From assembly GCF_044704955.1 (NCBI RefSeq), contig NC_091995.1, positions 57,164,001 to 57,228,000 of the forward strand: a DNA stretch of 64,000 nt, written 5' to 3'. This DNA is from Pristiophorus japonicus. Its lineage: Eukaryota. The stretch's first letter is position 1; every line of letters begins with the position of its first letter. The notes below the pieces were generated by a model. The model was not told the origin of the DNA and made no database searches. It worked only from the letters and a program-made list of their open reading frames with translations. Positions 21,918 through 35,334 of this stretch are shown one piece after another. The position numbers and the translations under genes were made by a program.

Positions 21918-24900
21918 GTATGTAACCACAATGTAACACCACTGTATTACTGTATACACTCAACCTAGATGCACACCTTGACCACAAGGGATGAACTTGT
22001 GGGAGACACTCCTTACCTGATCACACAGGTATAAAAAGGGAGGTCCCACGCGGGGTCATCGTTTTTGGAGTCCTGTGAATAAAGAGTTAGGGTCACAGAG
22101 TGACCTTGTCCCCAGAATGTGCCTCGTGTGGTTTCATACTGTAGAGTAAGGACGTTACATTGGCAACGAGAAACTGGAATTCACGACCCACGAGAATGGC
22201 TACCGGTAGCACAGAGGAACGGTACTGTGTTGGGGAAGACTGGGACAATTTTGTCGAGAGGCTTCAGTAAAGCTTCGTTACGAAAGAATGGCTGGGGGAT
22301 GCAGCGGCCGACAAGCGAAGGGCTCATCTTTTGACCAGCTGCGGACCAAAGACTTACACGCTCATGAAGGACTTACTAGCACCCGAAAAGCTGGCGGACA
22401 AAACCTTTGAAGAACTTAGCAAATTGATCGGGGAGCACCTCAAACGGGCAAGTAGCATAGATATGGCCCGACACAGATTCTACACCCACCGATGTCGTGA
22501 AGGACAGAGCATACCGGACTTCGTAGTGGACCTCCGGCGTTTGCACAGCCTCTAAGTTCACAAACGCCTGCAGGGGGGAGATGCTAAGGGACTTCTTTAT
22601 CGAGGGCTTCGGTCATGCGGGAATTTTCCGCAAATTAATTGAGACCAAGGATTTGACCTTGGAAGCGGCGGCGTTGATAGCTCAAACTTTCATGGTGGGG
22701 GAGGAAGAGACGAAAATAATATATGCGCGCAATTCTGCCTCTAACGCGGCGATGGCTCAGGGAGTCAACATCATCAATGCGACTCAGAGTCCCGCAGACA
22801 GGCAGGGGCAGTCCAACACTCCCCAGGCAGCAATAGACCCCAGAGTAGGACTTCAACAGAGACAATGACAGGCTGAAGGGACATTCACGCCATCACAGTG
22901 GACAATGCAGCTCGGGATGGGGCCATTGACACCCACTAATAGGGTACTTAAGAGCAGTCAAATGGACAGTCAGCGCGGAATTCCTGGCCATAGTCCCTTT
23001 ATTCCCAACAATGGAAACTTTAACTCATGCTGGAGGTGTGGGGGAAAATACTCAGCTAGATCTTGCAGATTTCAACAGTTTGTCTGCAGGAACTGCAATC
23101 TCAGTGGCCATTTAGCTCGAATGTGCAGGAAGTCTGCAACCAGACTAATATGAGGCGGATGGACCAGAAGAGGGTTCTTTGAGGCAGAATGACTTTTGGG
23201 GCAAGTCGATGGATGCCGAGGTTCAGCGGGTCCATGTGGCGAATATTCACAGTTCATACACCAAAACGCCACCAATGATGATGAGGGTTTTATTAAACGG
23301 TGTCCCTGTATGCATGGAGCTGGACACTGGGGCCAGCCAGTCACCCATGGGCGTTCAGCAATTTGAGAAGCTATGGCCACTTAAAGCCAGTAGACCCAAA
23401 CTAGCACGTATCGAGACACAATTATGGACTTACACTGAAGAAATCATTCCGGTGCTGGGCAGTGCAATGTTGGCTGTCACACACAATGGGTTAGTGAATC
23501 GGCTGCCGCTCTGGATTGTCCCGGGCAATGGTCCCGCACTGTTGGAGAGGAGCTGGTTAGTCGAGATGAACTGGAAATGGGGGAATGTTCACGTAATGTC
23601 ATCTGTGGAGCGAAGTTCGTGCTCACAAGTCCTACAACAATTCGATTCACTATTCCAACCAGGCGTCGGGACTTTCAAAGGCACTAAAGTAGTGATATAC
23701 ATCATCCCGGATGCCAGGCCAGTGCACCACAAAGCCAGAGCGGTGCCGTATGTGATGTGGGAAAAGATCGAAAGCGAATTGGACCGGCTGTTGAGAGAGG
23801 GCATCATCTCGTCTATTGAATTCAGTGACTGGGCGAGCCCCATCATTCCTGTCCTAAAAGCGATGGCTCTGTCAGGATCTGTGGCGACTACAAGGCCACC
23901 ATCAATCGGGTGTCCCGACAAGATCAATACCCGCTCCCAAGAGCGGAGGACCTCTTCGCCACGCTGGCAGGTGGCAAGCTGTTCACCAAGTTGGATCTCA
24001 CTTCAGCTTATGTGACCCAGGAACTGGCCGACGAATCTAAACTACTGACCACCATCACCACGCACAAGGGCCTGTTCGTTTATAACAGGTGCCTGTTTGG
24101 CATTCGATCAACGGCCGCGATTTTTCAATGAAACATGGAAAGCCTGCTCAAATCCATTCCTGGAACGATCGTATTCCAGGATGACATCCTCATCATGGGT
24201 CGAGACACCAAGGAACACCTCCACAACCTGGAGGAGGTGCTACGCCGACTGGACCGGGTAGGCCTGTGACTCAAGAAGTCTAAATGTGTGTTCTTGGCTC
24301 CTGAGGTTGAGTTTCTGGGCAGGAGGGTTGCTGCAGATGGAATTCGGCCCACCGAATCCAAAACAGAGGCGATTCGATGAGCACCCAGGCCCTGCAACAC
24401 ATCGGAGCTGCGTTCATTCCTGGGACTGTTGAACTATTTCGGGAACTTTCTGCCGAACTTGAGCACGTTGTTGGAGTTGCTACACGTTCTCCTGCGTAAG
24501 GGTTGTGATTGGTTTTGTGGGGACTGTCAGGAACGGGCTTTTGATCGGACGTGAAACCTACTTTGTTCAAACAAGTTGTTGACCCTGTACGACCCCTGTA
24601 AAAAAAATTGGTTCTGACGTGATGCATCATCCTATGGGGTTGGTGCATCTTGCAGCAGGGCAATGCTGAGGGTCAACTACAACCTGTGGCTTATATCTCC
24701 AGATCGCGCTCTCAAGCAGAACGGGGATATGGGATGGTCGAGGAGGAAGCCTTGCATGTGTCTATGGTGTAAAAGAAAAATGCATCAGTACCTCTTTAGT
24801 AGGAAGTTTGAATTAGAGACGGACCACAAGCCATTAACATCCCTGCTGTCAGACAGCAAGGCTATCAATGCCAATGCATCAGCTCGCATACAGCGATGGG

Positions 24901-26661
24901 CTCTCATGCTGGCTGCTTATGACTACTCTATCCGGCACCGGACAGGCACTGAAAATTGCGCTGACGCGCTCAGCAGGCTTCTACTGGCCACCACTGAGGG
25001 GGCAGCGGAACAAAGCGCTGAGATGGTCATGGCTGTTGATGCCTTTGACAGCGCAGGCTCCCACATCACAGCCCGCCAGATCAAAATCTGGACAAACAGA
25101 GATCCCCTCCTATCTCTGATTACGAAATGTGTCCTGACTGGGGATTGGGTGTCCGCACACGGAGATGCCCTGAGGAGGTCAGACCGTTCCGCAGACGGAT
25201 GGATGAGCTCTCCATCCAAGCCGACTGCCTACTATGGGGCAGCCGGGTAGTTATGCCCCAGAAGGGCAGGGAGGCATTCATCAGGGAACTCCATAGCGAG
25301 CACCCAGGCATTGTCCTGATGAAGGCCATTGCCCAGTCACACGTTTGGTGGCCTGGAATTGATTCGGACTTGGAACACTGTGTTCGCAGGTGCACGACGT
25401 GTGCCCAGCTGGGTAATGCCCCCAGGGAGGCCCCGCTCAGCCCGTGGCCCTGGCCCACCAGGCCATGGTCACGCATTCATGTTGACTACGTGGGCCCGTT
25501 CATGGGTAAGATGTTCCTTATTGTGGTAGATGCGTACTCAAAATGGATTGAGTGCATCATTCTGAATTCATGCACGTCATCCACAACCGTGGAAAGCCTA
25601 CGTGCGATCTTTGCAACCCATAGCTTGCTGGACATCATGGTTAGTGATAACGGCCCATATTTCACAAGCTACGAATTCCAAGAGTTTATGTCAGGCAATG
25701 GCATCAACCACGTCAGGACTGCGCTGTTCAAGCCGGCTTCCAATGACCAGGTGGAATGTGCGGTCCAAAACATTAAACGAGGGATGCTCAGGATTCAAGG
25801 ACCCTCCCTACAATGCCGCCTGTCGCATCTCCTGCTGGCCTATAGATCCCGACCGCACTCGCTCACGGGGGTCCCGCCTGCAGAGCTACTAATGAAATGG
25901 ACACTCAAAACTCGGTTGTCCCTCATTCACCTCGTCCTGACCGACATAGTCGAGGGCAAGCGCAAGTCACAAAATGAGTACCTTGACTGTAATTCGAGAG
26001 GGAGATGTAGAGAAATAAATGCTCCTGTATTCATCCTCAATCACGCCATGAGGCCCAAATGGCTTGAGGGCACTGTAATTGATAGAGGGGAATATGGTCA
26101 TCATGGTAAAACTCAACAATGGTCAGATATGCCGTAAGCATCTGGATCAAGTAAAAAAAAAAGGTTCAGCATCGACACGGAGGAACCTGAAGAAGACCAT
26201 GAGATGGAGCTCACAACACCACCAGTGAACGAGCAACAAGAGCAATCAGAAGAATGCACAGTCTCTGCGGTCAGCCCGGACAGGCCGGAATCACCACAGG
26301 CGACAGACACTCACGTAGGTGTCCAACAACCAGAGCCCCAATTGCGGCGCTCCATGAGGGAGCGTAGACCACATGAAAACTAAACCTATGATCCCAATAA
26401 GACTTTGGGGGGGGGGGGCGGGGGAGGTGATGTCATGTATGTAACCACAATGTAACACCACTGTATTACTGTATACACTCAACCTAGATGCACACCTTGA
26501 CCACAAGGTGTGAACTTGTGGGAGACACTCCTTACCTGATCACACAGGTATAAAAAGGGAGGTCCCACGCAGGGTCATCGTCTTTGGAGTCCTGTGAATA
26601 AAGAGTTAAGGTCACAGAATGTGCATTGTGTGGTTTCATACTGTAGAGTAAGGACTTTACA
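21918..26661 (+). mobile_element. Ty3/Gypsy LTR retrotransposon (Mag-like), second family, decayed
   Basis: LTRs 21918-22159 (first 6 nt missing) and 26431-26661; PBS TGGCAACGAG 22161-22170; G-rich PPT ~26407-26427; gag with two Cys/His knuckles, LDTG protease, FQDD RT, integrase. Confidence 0.95.
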
Positions 26662-26679
26662 ATCCAGTTTTCCCCACGG

Positions 26680-26820
26680 CCCTGAATTGTTTCCCTGCCG
26701 GTATTTACACGATTCCCTTTTGAGAGTTACTATTGAATCTGCTCCCACCACCCTTTCAGGCCGAGAATTCCCGATCCGGGCCCCTCGCTGGAGGAATAAT
26801 TCCTCCTGCTTCTTTCCCAA
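26680..26820 (-). mobile_element. old CR1 3' fragment
   Basis: Minus-strand peptide GNSRPERVVGADSIVTLKRE resembles the CR1 WNxLPxxVVEAxSIxxFKRE block. Confidence 0.6.
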
Positions 26821-26929
26821 TCTGTGTCCTCTGCTCCCCGAGCTTCCAGCCTGGCAAACACGGCCTCCAGCTTCCCTCTCAGCCCCTCCATGATTGAACT
26901 GCTCTTACAAACTCTCCCTGAAGCTGCTG

Positions 26930-27245
26930 TCAGTCCGGGCTCTCATTTGTTGTCAATGATCCGGGTCCCGGGACTCGGTGCCTCGCCGCCCGCCCACCCC
27001 GCGGCTGTGCTCATCTCCCCATCGGGACTACATTACCCAGCCCGCCTCGCGCCCCATGCCTGCGCACAGTGAGGGGCGGGAGCTGGCAGCAGAGGGGGAG
27101 CTGGGCCGCGGTGCCCCCTGGGAGTTGTAGTTCCCTTGATCCCGCGCGCCGACACGGCAGCGGTTGGTGGTTGCCCTGCGCGCGGCGGGCAGTGTGAGTG
27201 AGGGAGCGTGGGAGGGGGGCCGGGACCCCAGTGAGGTCGGTGCAG
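26930..27245. promoter_or_regulatory. CpG-island promoter with two opposed ZNF143/THAP11-type (ACTACAnnnCCCAG) motifs, GC box and NRF1-like site
   Basis: GACTACATTACCCAGC ~27026-27041 (+); CTGGGAGTTGTAGTTC 27118-27133 (-); GCCTGCGCA ~27058; GGGGCGGG 27073; CpG-dense non-repetitive sequence. Confidence 0.8.
27140..27193 (+). other. candidate non-coding first exon of an unidentified gene
   Basis: Directly downstream of the promoter motifs; ends at GTGAGT donor 27194-27199; start approximate. Confidence 0.55.
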
Positions 27246-27329
27246 CAGCACTGTCCCTTCAGGTTGACTCTTCATTGTGGGTTGTTTGCTGGCCACATGC
27301 TCCATTTGCTCCTTTAGTGGGGACTCCAT

Positions 27330-27700
27330 TATTTCCCCTACCACCCATGTTGAGTTATTCAGGTCGATAATTCCTTGGATTTTTCTCCAGTTGATTATTG
27401 GGAAGACCTAAGCCATTGTTTACCATCCCTGCCACAAACTCCATTCCCAGGCCACCGACTCCATCCCTCTCCCCAACTTCTGTCTGAGGCTGAACCACAC
27501 TGTTCACAACCGAGGTGTCAGATTTGACCCTGAACTGAGCTTTCGACCACATATCCGCAGCATTACTAAAACCGCCTGTTTCCTCTTGCGTAACATCGAC
27601 CGCCTCCGCTGCTGCCTCAGCTTTTCTGCTGAAACTCTCATCTGGGCCTTTGTTACCTTCGACTTGACTATTACCACACACTCCGGCTTCCCACATTCTA
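27330..27700 (+). mobile_element. L2-clade LINE fragment
   Basis: FDPELSFRPHIRSITKTACFLLRNIDRLR. Confidence 0.75.
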
Positions 27701-27704
27701 CCCT

Positions 27705-28208
27705 ATGTTGGGAAGTATAAGAGTTGGAGCGGCAAACCACGACAACTTCCAGTGCGAGCTGCTCCAAGTGTGCGACGGCTTCGAGGTGGGCCATTGGGTG
27801 ACGTCGTCAGGACCCAGGTCACTGTTTGGATCGTGAGCAGGACCATCGGCGGGACCCTGGTAAAGCAGAGGAGCGGGAAGGATGTGGCGGAGGTGCGGTG
27901 AATGATCGAGGCGAAGAAGCGATGAGGGATCGTGGCTGAGATTCGGGGGGTGATCGTGGCGGAAGTCCGGCGAGTGTTTGCTGCGGAGGTGCGGCAAGAG
28001 ATAGTGGTGGAGGTGCGGCGAGTGATTGAGGTGTAGGAGTGCTGGGGGACCGTGGCTGAGATTCAGTGGGTGATCGTGGCAGGGGTCCGGCAAATGTTTG
28101 TGGCCAAGGTACGGTGGGAGATCATGGCGGAGGTGCGGCGTATGAGGGTATGGGGCCCAGAAGAGCCAAGGGCCATGGGGCAGCACGGGCCAGCCGACAC
28201 TGCGATAT
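27705..28208 (+). mobile_element. 5' part of the SINE-like family seen at 5208-5762, with ~120-bp internal repeats; truncated by a CR1
   Basis: Shared core GGGGCAGCACGGGCCAGCC.ACACTGCG..ATAT at ~28177-28208 and ~5482-5517. Confidence 0.6.
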
Positions 28209-29915
28209 CAGAACATAAGAAATAGGAGCAGGAGTAGGCCATTTGGCCCCTTGAGCTTGCTCCGCCATTCAATAAGATCATGACTGATCTGATCATGGAC
28301 TCAACTCCACTTCCCTCCCCGCTCCCCATAACCCTTTACTCCCTTAGCACTGAAAAATCTGTCTATCTCCGCCTGAAATAACCCAGCCTCCACAGCACTC
28401 CATAGATTTACAACCCTCTGAGAGAAGAAATTTCTCCTCATCTCAGTTTTAAATAGGCGGCCCCTTATTCTGAAACTGTCCCCTAGTTTTAGTTTCCCCT
28501 ATGAGTGGAAATATCCTCTCTGCATCCACTTTGTCAAGCCCCCTCATTATCTTATAAGTTTCAATAAGATCACCTCTCATTCTTCTGAACAATGTGTATA
28601 GGTCCAACCTACTCAACCTATCCTAGTGAACCTTCTCTGAACTGCCTCCAATGCAAGTATATCTTTCCTTAAATACGGAGACCAAAACTGTACGCAGTAC
28701 TCCAGGTGTGGCCTCACTAATGCCCTGTACAATTATAGCAGGACTTCTCTGCTTTTATACTCTACCCCCCTTGCAATAAAGGCCAACATTCCATTTGCCT
28801 TCCTGATTCCTTGCTGTACCTGCATACTCACTTTTTGTGTTTCATGCACAAGGACCCCCAGGTCTCTCTGTACTGCAGCACTTTGCAATTTTTCTCCATT
28901 TAAATTATAAGTTGCTTTTCTATTATTTCTGCCAAAATGGATAACCTCACATTTTCCCACATTATACTCCATCTGCCAATTTTTTGCCCACTCACTTAGC
29001 CTGTCTATATCCCTTTGCAGATTTTTTGAGACCTCCTCACAATTTGCTTTTCCACTCATCTTTGTATCATCAGCAAACTTGGCTACATTACACTTGGTCC
29101 CTTCATCCAAGTCATTAATATAGATTGTAAATAGTTGAGGCCCCAGCACTGATCCCTGCGGCACTCCACTAGTTAATGTTTGCCAACCGGAAAATGACCT
29201 ATTTATCCTGACTCTTTGTTTTCTGTTAGTTAGCCAATGCTCAATCCATGCTAATATATTACCCCCAACCCCGTGAACTTTTATCTTGTGCAGTAACCTT
29301 GTTTGTGTCACATTGTCGAATGCCTTCTTGAAATCCAAATACACCACATCCACTGGTTCCCCCTTATCCACCCTGCTCGTTACATTCTCAAAGAACTCCA
29401 GCAAACTTGTCAAACATGATTTTCCTTTCATAAAACCATGCTGACTGCTTGATTGTATTTTGCTTTTCTAAATATCCTGCTACTGCTTCCTTAATAATGG
29501 ACTCCAGCATTTTCCCAATGACCGATGTTAGTCTAACTGGTCTATTGTTTCCTGCTTTCTGTCTGCCTCCTTTTTTAAATAGAAGCATTACATTTGCGGT
29601 TTTCCAATCTGCTGGGACCTCCCCAGAATCCAGGGAATTTTGGTAGATTACAACCATTGCAACCACTATCTCTGCAGCCACTTCTTTTAAGACCCTAGGA
29701 TGTAAGCCATCAGGTCCAGGGGACTTGTCCACCTTTAGTCACATTATTTTACCGAGTACTACTACTTTAGTGATAATGATTGTGTTAACTTCCTCCCTCC
29801 CCATAGCCCCTTGATTATCAATTATTGGGATGTTTTTAGTATCTTCTACCGTGAAGACCGATACAAAATATTTGTTCATGTCTCTGCCATTTCCCTGTTC
29901 CCCAGTATTCCTTAG
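28209..29915 (-). mobile_element. 5'-truncated CR1
   Basis: RT ORFs 28733-29732; TTCTTATG-type tail at ~28210. Confidence 0.93.
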
Positions 29916-32139
29916 TCTCATGATACCTAACCCATGCGATACCTGACTTGAGAGTGTTTGATGGGACAGTGTAGCGGGAGCTTTACTCTGTATCTAACCC
30001 GTGCTATACCTGCTTGGGAACTGTTTGATGGGACAGTTTAAAGGGAACTTTACTCTGTATTTAGCCCGTGCTATACCTGACCTGGGAGTGTTGACTGGAC
30101 ACTGTTCTGAGCTATACACTATCTAACCAGTGCTATACGTGACCTGAAATATTTGATGCGACAGTATAGAGTGAGCTTTACTCATTATCTAACCTGTGCT
30201 GTACCACCCCTGCAACTCTATGATGGGACAGTGTAGGGAAATGTTACATTGTATCTAACATGTGCTATACCTGACCTGGGGATGTTTGATGGTACTGTGC
30301 AGAGGGACCTTTACTCTATACTTAGCCTGTGTTATACCTGTCTTGGGAGTTTTTGATGGGACAGTGCTGTACTTGCCCTGAGATTGTTTGATGGGACAGT
30401 GTAGAGGGAAATTTACTCTCTCCCTCTCTCTCTATATAGATATATAATATATTTATATATATATCGTGCTCTACCTATCCTCAGATTTTTTGATGGGACG
30501 TTGTAGAGAGAGATTTATTCAGTATCTGACTCATGCTGTAGCTGCCCTGGGATTGTTTAATGGATAGGTGTAGAGGGAGCTTTACTTTTTATCTAACCCG
30601 TGCTGTAGCTGCCCTGGGATTGCTCAAAGCGACTGTGTGGAGTGGTTGTTTACATTATACCTAACCCGTGCGATACCTGACATGAGTGTGTTTGATGGGG
30701 CAATGAAATGAAGAATTTAATCTAACCCGTGCTTTACCTGACATAGGTATTGTTTTATGGGACAGTTTAAAGGGAGCTTTATTGTGCATCTAACATGTGG
30801 TATAGACCCAGGGACTGTTAGATGGGACAGTGTCGAGGGAACTTTACGTTGCTGTAGCAACCCTGGGACCGTGTGATGAGACCATGTAGAGGGACCTTTG
30901 CTCTATATCTAACCCGCACTATACCTGACTTAGCAGAGTTTGATGGGAAAGTGTAGACAGATGTTTACACTGTATCGAACCCATGATTTCCCTGCCCTGT
31001 ATGTTTTTGATAGGACAATGCAGAAAGAACTTTACTCTGTATCTAACCCGTGCTGTACCTGACCTGGGATTGCTTGATGGGACAATGTAGAGAGAGCTTC
31101 ACTCTGCATCCAACCTTTGCTATACCTGCACTGGGGGTGTTTGATGGGACACAGTAGAGAGAACTTTACTCAGTAACTAAACCATGTTGTACCTCCCTTG
31201 GAGTATTTGATCCAACATTGTAGTGGGAGCTGTGTTGTGCTATACCTGCCCTGGGAGTGTTTAATGGGACAGTGCAGAGGGAGCTTTACTCTGTATCTAA
31301 CCCACGCTATACTTGACATGCAAGCGTATGTTGCGACAGTGTCGAGCGAGCTTTATTCTGTGCCCAACCTGTGCTACCCCTGACCTGAGAGAGTTGATTG
31401 GACAGTATAGAGGGATCTTTACTCTTTATGTAACTCACGCTGTACCTCCCCTGGGACTATTTGAGGGGGTAGTGTAGGGAGATCTTTACGGTGTGTCTAA
31501 CATGTGCTAAATCTGACCTGCAGGTGTTTGATTGAACAGTGTAGGGGGAGCTTTACGTTGTATCTAACCCATGCTACATCTGACTTGAGAGTGTTGATAG
31601 GACAGTAGAGAGGGAGCTTTACTCTTTATCTAACCTGTGCTGTACCTCTCCTGGGACTGTTTGATAGGACAGTATAAAGGGTAATTTACTTTATATCTAA
31701 CCTGTGCTATACCTCCCCTGGGACTGTTTGATAGGACAGTATAGAGGGTAATTTACTTTATATCTAACCTGTGCTATACCTCACCTGAGCTTGTTTGATG
31801 GTGCATTGTAGAGGGATATTTATACTAGACCTATCCCGTGCGATACCTAACATGAGAGGGTTTGATGGTAGAGTGTACAGGACGCTTTCCTTGGGTTTGT
31901 TTGATGGGACAATGTAGAGGGAACTTTACACTGTGTCCACCCCGTGCTGTACCTGACCTGGGAGTGTTTGATTGGACAGTGTAGGGGGAACTTTACATTG
32001 TATCTAACCCGTGTTGTACCTGACCTGTGAGTGTTTGTTGCAACAGTATAGAGCGAGCTTTATTCTGTGTCTACCCTGTGCTACACATGATCTGGGAATG
32101 TTGAAGGGACAGTATAGAGGGAGCTTTACCCTTTATCTC

Positions 32140-32274
32140 CTTCTTCTTAGACAGTCCCTCGTATCGAGGATGACTTGCTTCCACCAAAAAGGGATGAGTT
32201 CGCAGGTGTTTCAATGAAGGGCCTGATATTCCAGGTCCAGAACTACGTGTTGATGGGTGGAAGATGCCTGTGCG
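32140..32274 (-). mobile_element. 3' end of the RTE-tailed SINE-like element
   Basis: Reverse complement of ~5625-5755; (AAG)n tail. Confidence 0.75.
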
Positions 32275-32534
32275 AGAAACCCATGCTGGAGTTTCTCTGG
32301 AAGTGTTGATGGTACAGTGTAGAGGGTACTTTGTATCTAACTTATGCTATACCTCACCTGAGCTAGTTTGATGGTACATTGTAGAGGGATATTTAGACTA
32401 TATCTATCTGGTGCTATACCTGACCTAGCAGGTTTGATATGACTGTGCACAGGAAGCTTCACACTGTATCTAACCCATGCTATACCTGTCCTGCGTGTGT
32501 CTGATGGTATAGTGTACATGGAGCTTTACTCTGC

Positions 32535-33359
32535 AAAGCTCCATCTCTCATTTAACAGCTCCCCGCTGGAGTGGAACTAAACTATAGAACTAGTGGGAAT
32601 CTGTTCAACCTTCGTCGCCTGCAGGCTAGATCCAAGACTGTCCCATCCTCTGTTGTTGAGCTAGGTAGGGAGTGTTTGAAGACCAGGACCTCAAATCTGG
32701 CACCAAGCTTATGGTCTAAAGGGCAGTAGTGATACCCGCCCTCCTATATGGCTCAGAGATGTGGACCATATACAGTAGACACCTCAAATCGCTGGAGAAA
32801 TACCACCAACGATGTCTCCACAAGTTCCTGCAAATCCGCTGGGAGGATAGACGCATCAATGTCAGTGTTCTCGATCAGGCCAACATCCCCAGTATCGAAG
32901 CACTAACTACACTTGACCAGCTTTGTTGGGCGGGCACATTGTTCGCATCCAACACAAGACTCCCAAAGTAAGCGCTCTACTCGGAACTCCTACACGGCAG
33001 GCGATCTGCTGGTGGGCAGAGGAAACATTTCAAGGACACCCTCAAAGCCTCCTTGATAAAGTGCAACATCCCCACCGACACCTGCGAATCCCTGGCCAAA
33101 GACCGCCCTAAGTGGAGGAAGAGCATCCAGGAGGGCGTTGAGCACCTCGAGTCTCTTCGCCGAGAGCATGCAGAAAACAAGTACAGGCAGTGGAAGGAGC
33201 GTGCGGCAAATCAGATTACCCATCTACCTTTTCCTTCAACTATTGTCTGTCCCACCTGTGATAGTGATTGTAATTCCCATATTGGACTGTACAGTCACCT
33301 GAGAGCTCACTTTTGGAGTGGAAGCAAGTCTTCCTCGATTTCGAGGGACTGCCTATGAT
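32535..33359 (+). mobile_element. RTE-clade LINE 3' fragment
   Basis: PALLYGSE.W...YHQRCL..ILQI.WEDR; C-terminal CPTC..H; ATG-type tail. Confidence 0.9.
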
Positions 33360-34469
33360 TACCCTGTATCTAACCTGTGCTATAACTGACTGGGTTTGTT
33401 TGATGGGACAATGTAGAGGGACCTTTACACTGTACCTATCCTGTGTTGTAGATGCACTGGAACTTTTTGATGGGAATGTGTAGAGGGAATTTTACTCCGT
33501 ATCTAATCTATGCTGTACCTGACTTGGGAGTATTTGATGGGACAATGTTGATGGAAGTTTACTCTGTATCTAACCCATGCTGTACCTCCATTGGAGTATT
33601 TGATCTGATAGTATAGTGGGAGCTTTACTCTATATCTAAGCCATGCTGTTCCTGACCTGCGATTGTTTGATGGGAAAGTGTACGGGGAGCTTTACTCTCT
33701 ATCTAGCCCATCCTATACCTGACTCGAGAGTGTTTGCTTGGACTGTGTAGAGGGTGCTCTACTGTTTACCTAACCCATGCAATACCTGACCTGTGAGTGT
33801 TTGATAGGACAGTGTAATGTAAGCGTTAATCTGTGTCCAACCTGTGCTATACCTGAGTATTTGGAACCGTGTGGAGGGAGCTTTACTCTGTATCTAACCC
33901 CTGCTATACTTGCCCTGTGGCTGTTTGATGGCACAGTGTTGAGGTAGCTTTACTGTGTATCTAACCCATGCTGGACCCGACTTTGGTGTGTTTGATGGGA
34001 TAATGTAGAGGGAACATTGCTCTGTATTTAACCCATGCTGTACCTGCCCTGGTACTGTTTGATGGGACAGAGTAGAGAGAAATTTACACTGTATCTAACC
34101 CATGCTATACCTGACATGGGAATGTTTGATAGAACAATGTAGAGAAATTTACACTTTATATAACCTGTGCAAGACCTGACCTGTGAGTGTTTTATGTGAC
34201 AATGCAGTGGGTGCTTTACTCTGTATCTTACCCATGCTATAGCTGGCCTGGGATTATTTGATGGGACAGTGTAGAGTGAACATTGCTGTGTATTTAACCT
34301 GAGCTATTCCTGACCTGGGATTGTTAAATGGGACAGTGTAGAAGGAGCGTTACTCTGTACCTAACCCACGCTATGCCTGACCTGGGAGTGTTTGATGGGG
34401 ACAGTGTAGAGGGAGCTTTACTTTGTATCTAACCCATGCTCTACCTACCCTGGTAATACCTGAACTGGG

Positions 34470-35013
34470 AGTGGCTTGGGCTGCTTTGTGACATCATTCC
34501 TGGCTGCTGTTGTGATTGGCTTAAGGCTAGCTTTTTCCAGCTTAATAGTTGAAATGAATATTTAAAAAATTATTTTCAATCATTTAAACATTAAAAACCG
34601 GCACAATAAGGTTAGTTTTTAGCCCCTTTAAAACATTTACATTTATTTTTGAAAAATTACATTTTTGGTTTAAATATTTAATTCAAAGGTATTTAATTAA
34701 TGTTAAATATACAATGTTTTTTATTTGATGTGTGCATGTATTTTTGGGGTATTCTCATTCATACTGATGGTGTTTCTGTACATACGGAATTCCCCTGAGC
34801 AGGAATGGCGATCCCTTTCTTTCATTGGTTGATCCCAGGGGAGCTTGCGAACCACATGTGCCCCTGGGATACGTGGGCCTCTACCCGCGTGTACCCGGAG
34901 AGGCCCAGGAACACGAGTCTCCGTGGATCCACAACCATCAAGGAGGTTCTTAGTTTTATTGCCGGTCGGAGACATCCGCCCACGGGAAGCCTCCGACTGC
35001 AAATTTAGGCCCA
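34470..35013. mobile_element. probable MITE fragment
   Basis: Ends in GCAAATTTAGGCCC, a Harbinger-like TIR; the partner TIR is not seen. Confidence 0.4.
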
Positions 35014-35039
35014 TTGTATTTACACAGGAGGAGTGTAAT

Positions 35040-35332
35040 TATAGGAACATAGGGGCAAGAGTAGACCACGTAGCCCCTCGAGCCTGTTGCACCATTCAGT
35101 GAGATCATGGCTAATCTGTGACCTAACTCCATGTACCCACCTTTGTCCCATATCCCTTAATAATGTTAGTTAACAAAAATCTATCAATCTCAGATTTAAA
35201 ATTAATGATTGACCTTGCATTAATTGCCATTTGCAGAAGAGAGTTACAAACTTCTACCACCCTTTGCGTGTAGAAGTGTTTGCTAACTTCGCTCCTTAAT
35301 GGCCGGGCTCTAACTTTTAGACTGTGTCCCCA
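35040..35332 (-). mobile_element. CR1 3' end
   Basis: GHSLKV...FYTQRVV...IKGYG followed by the tail. Confidence 0.85.
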
Positions 35333-35334
35333 GA

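Larger units (their letters stand above)
29920..34470 (+). repeat. 67-bp satellite array, diverged, with SINE and RTE insertions
   Basis: Consensus GGGACAGTGTAGAGGGAGCTTTACTCTGTATCTAACCCGTGCTGTACCTGCCCTGGGAGTGTTTGAT. Confidence 0.95.

Noticed and set aside
27698-28186. His/Pro-rich 162-aa ORF
   Set aside because: Antisense translation of the tandem repeats of a SINE-like element.
29920-34470. Regular repeat superficially like a CRISPR array
   Set aside because: Continuous diverged monomers with no unique spacers, no cas genes, and vertebrate context.
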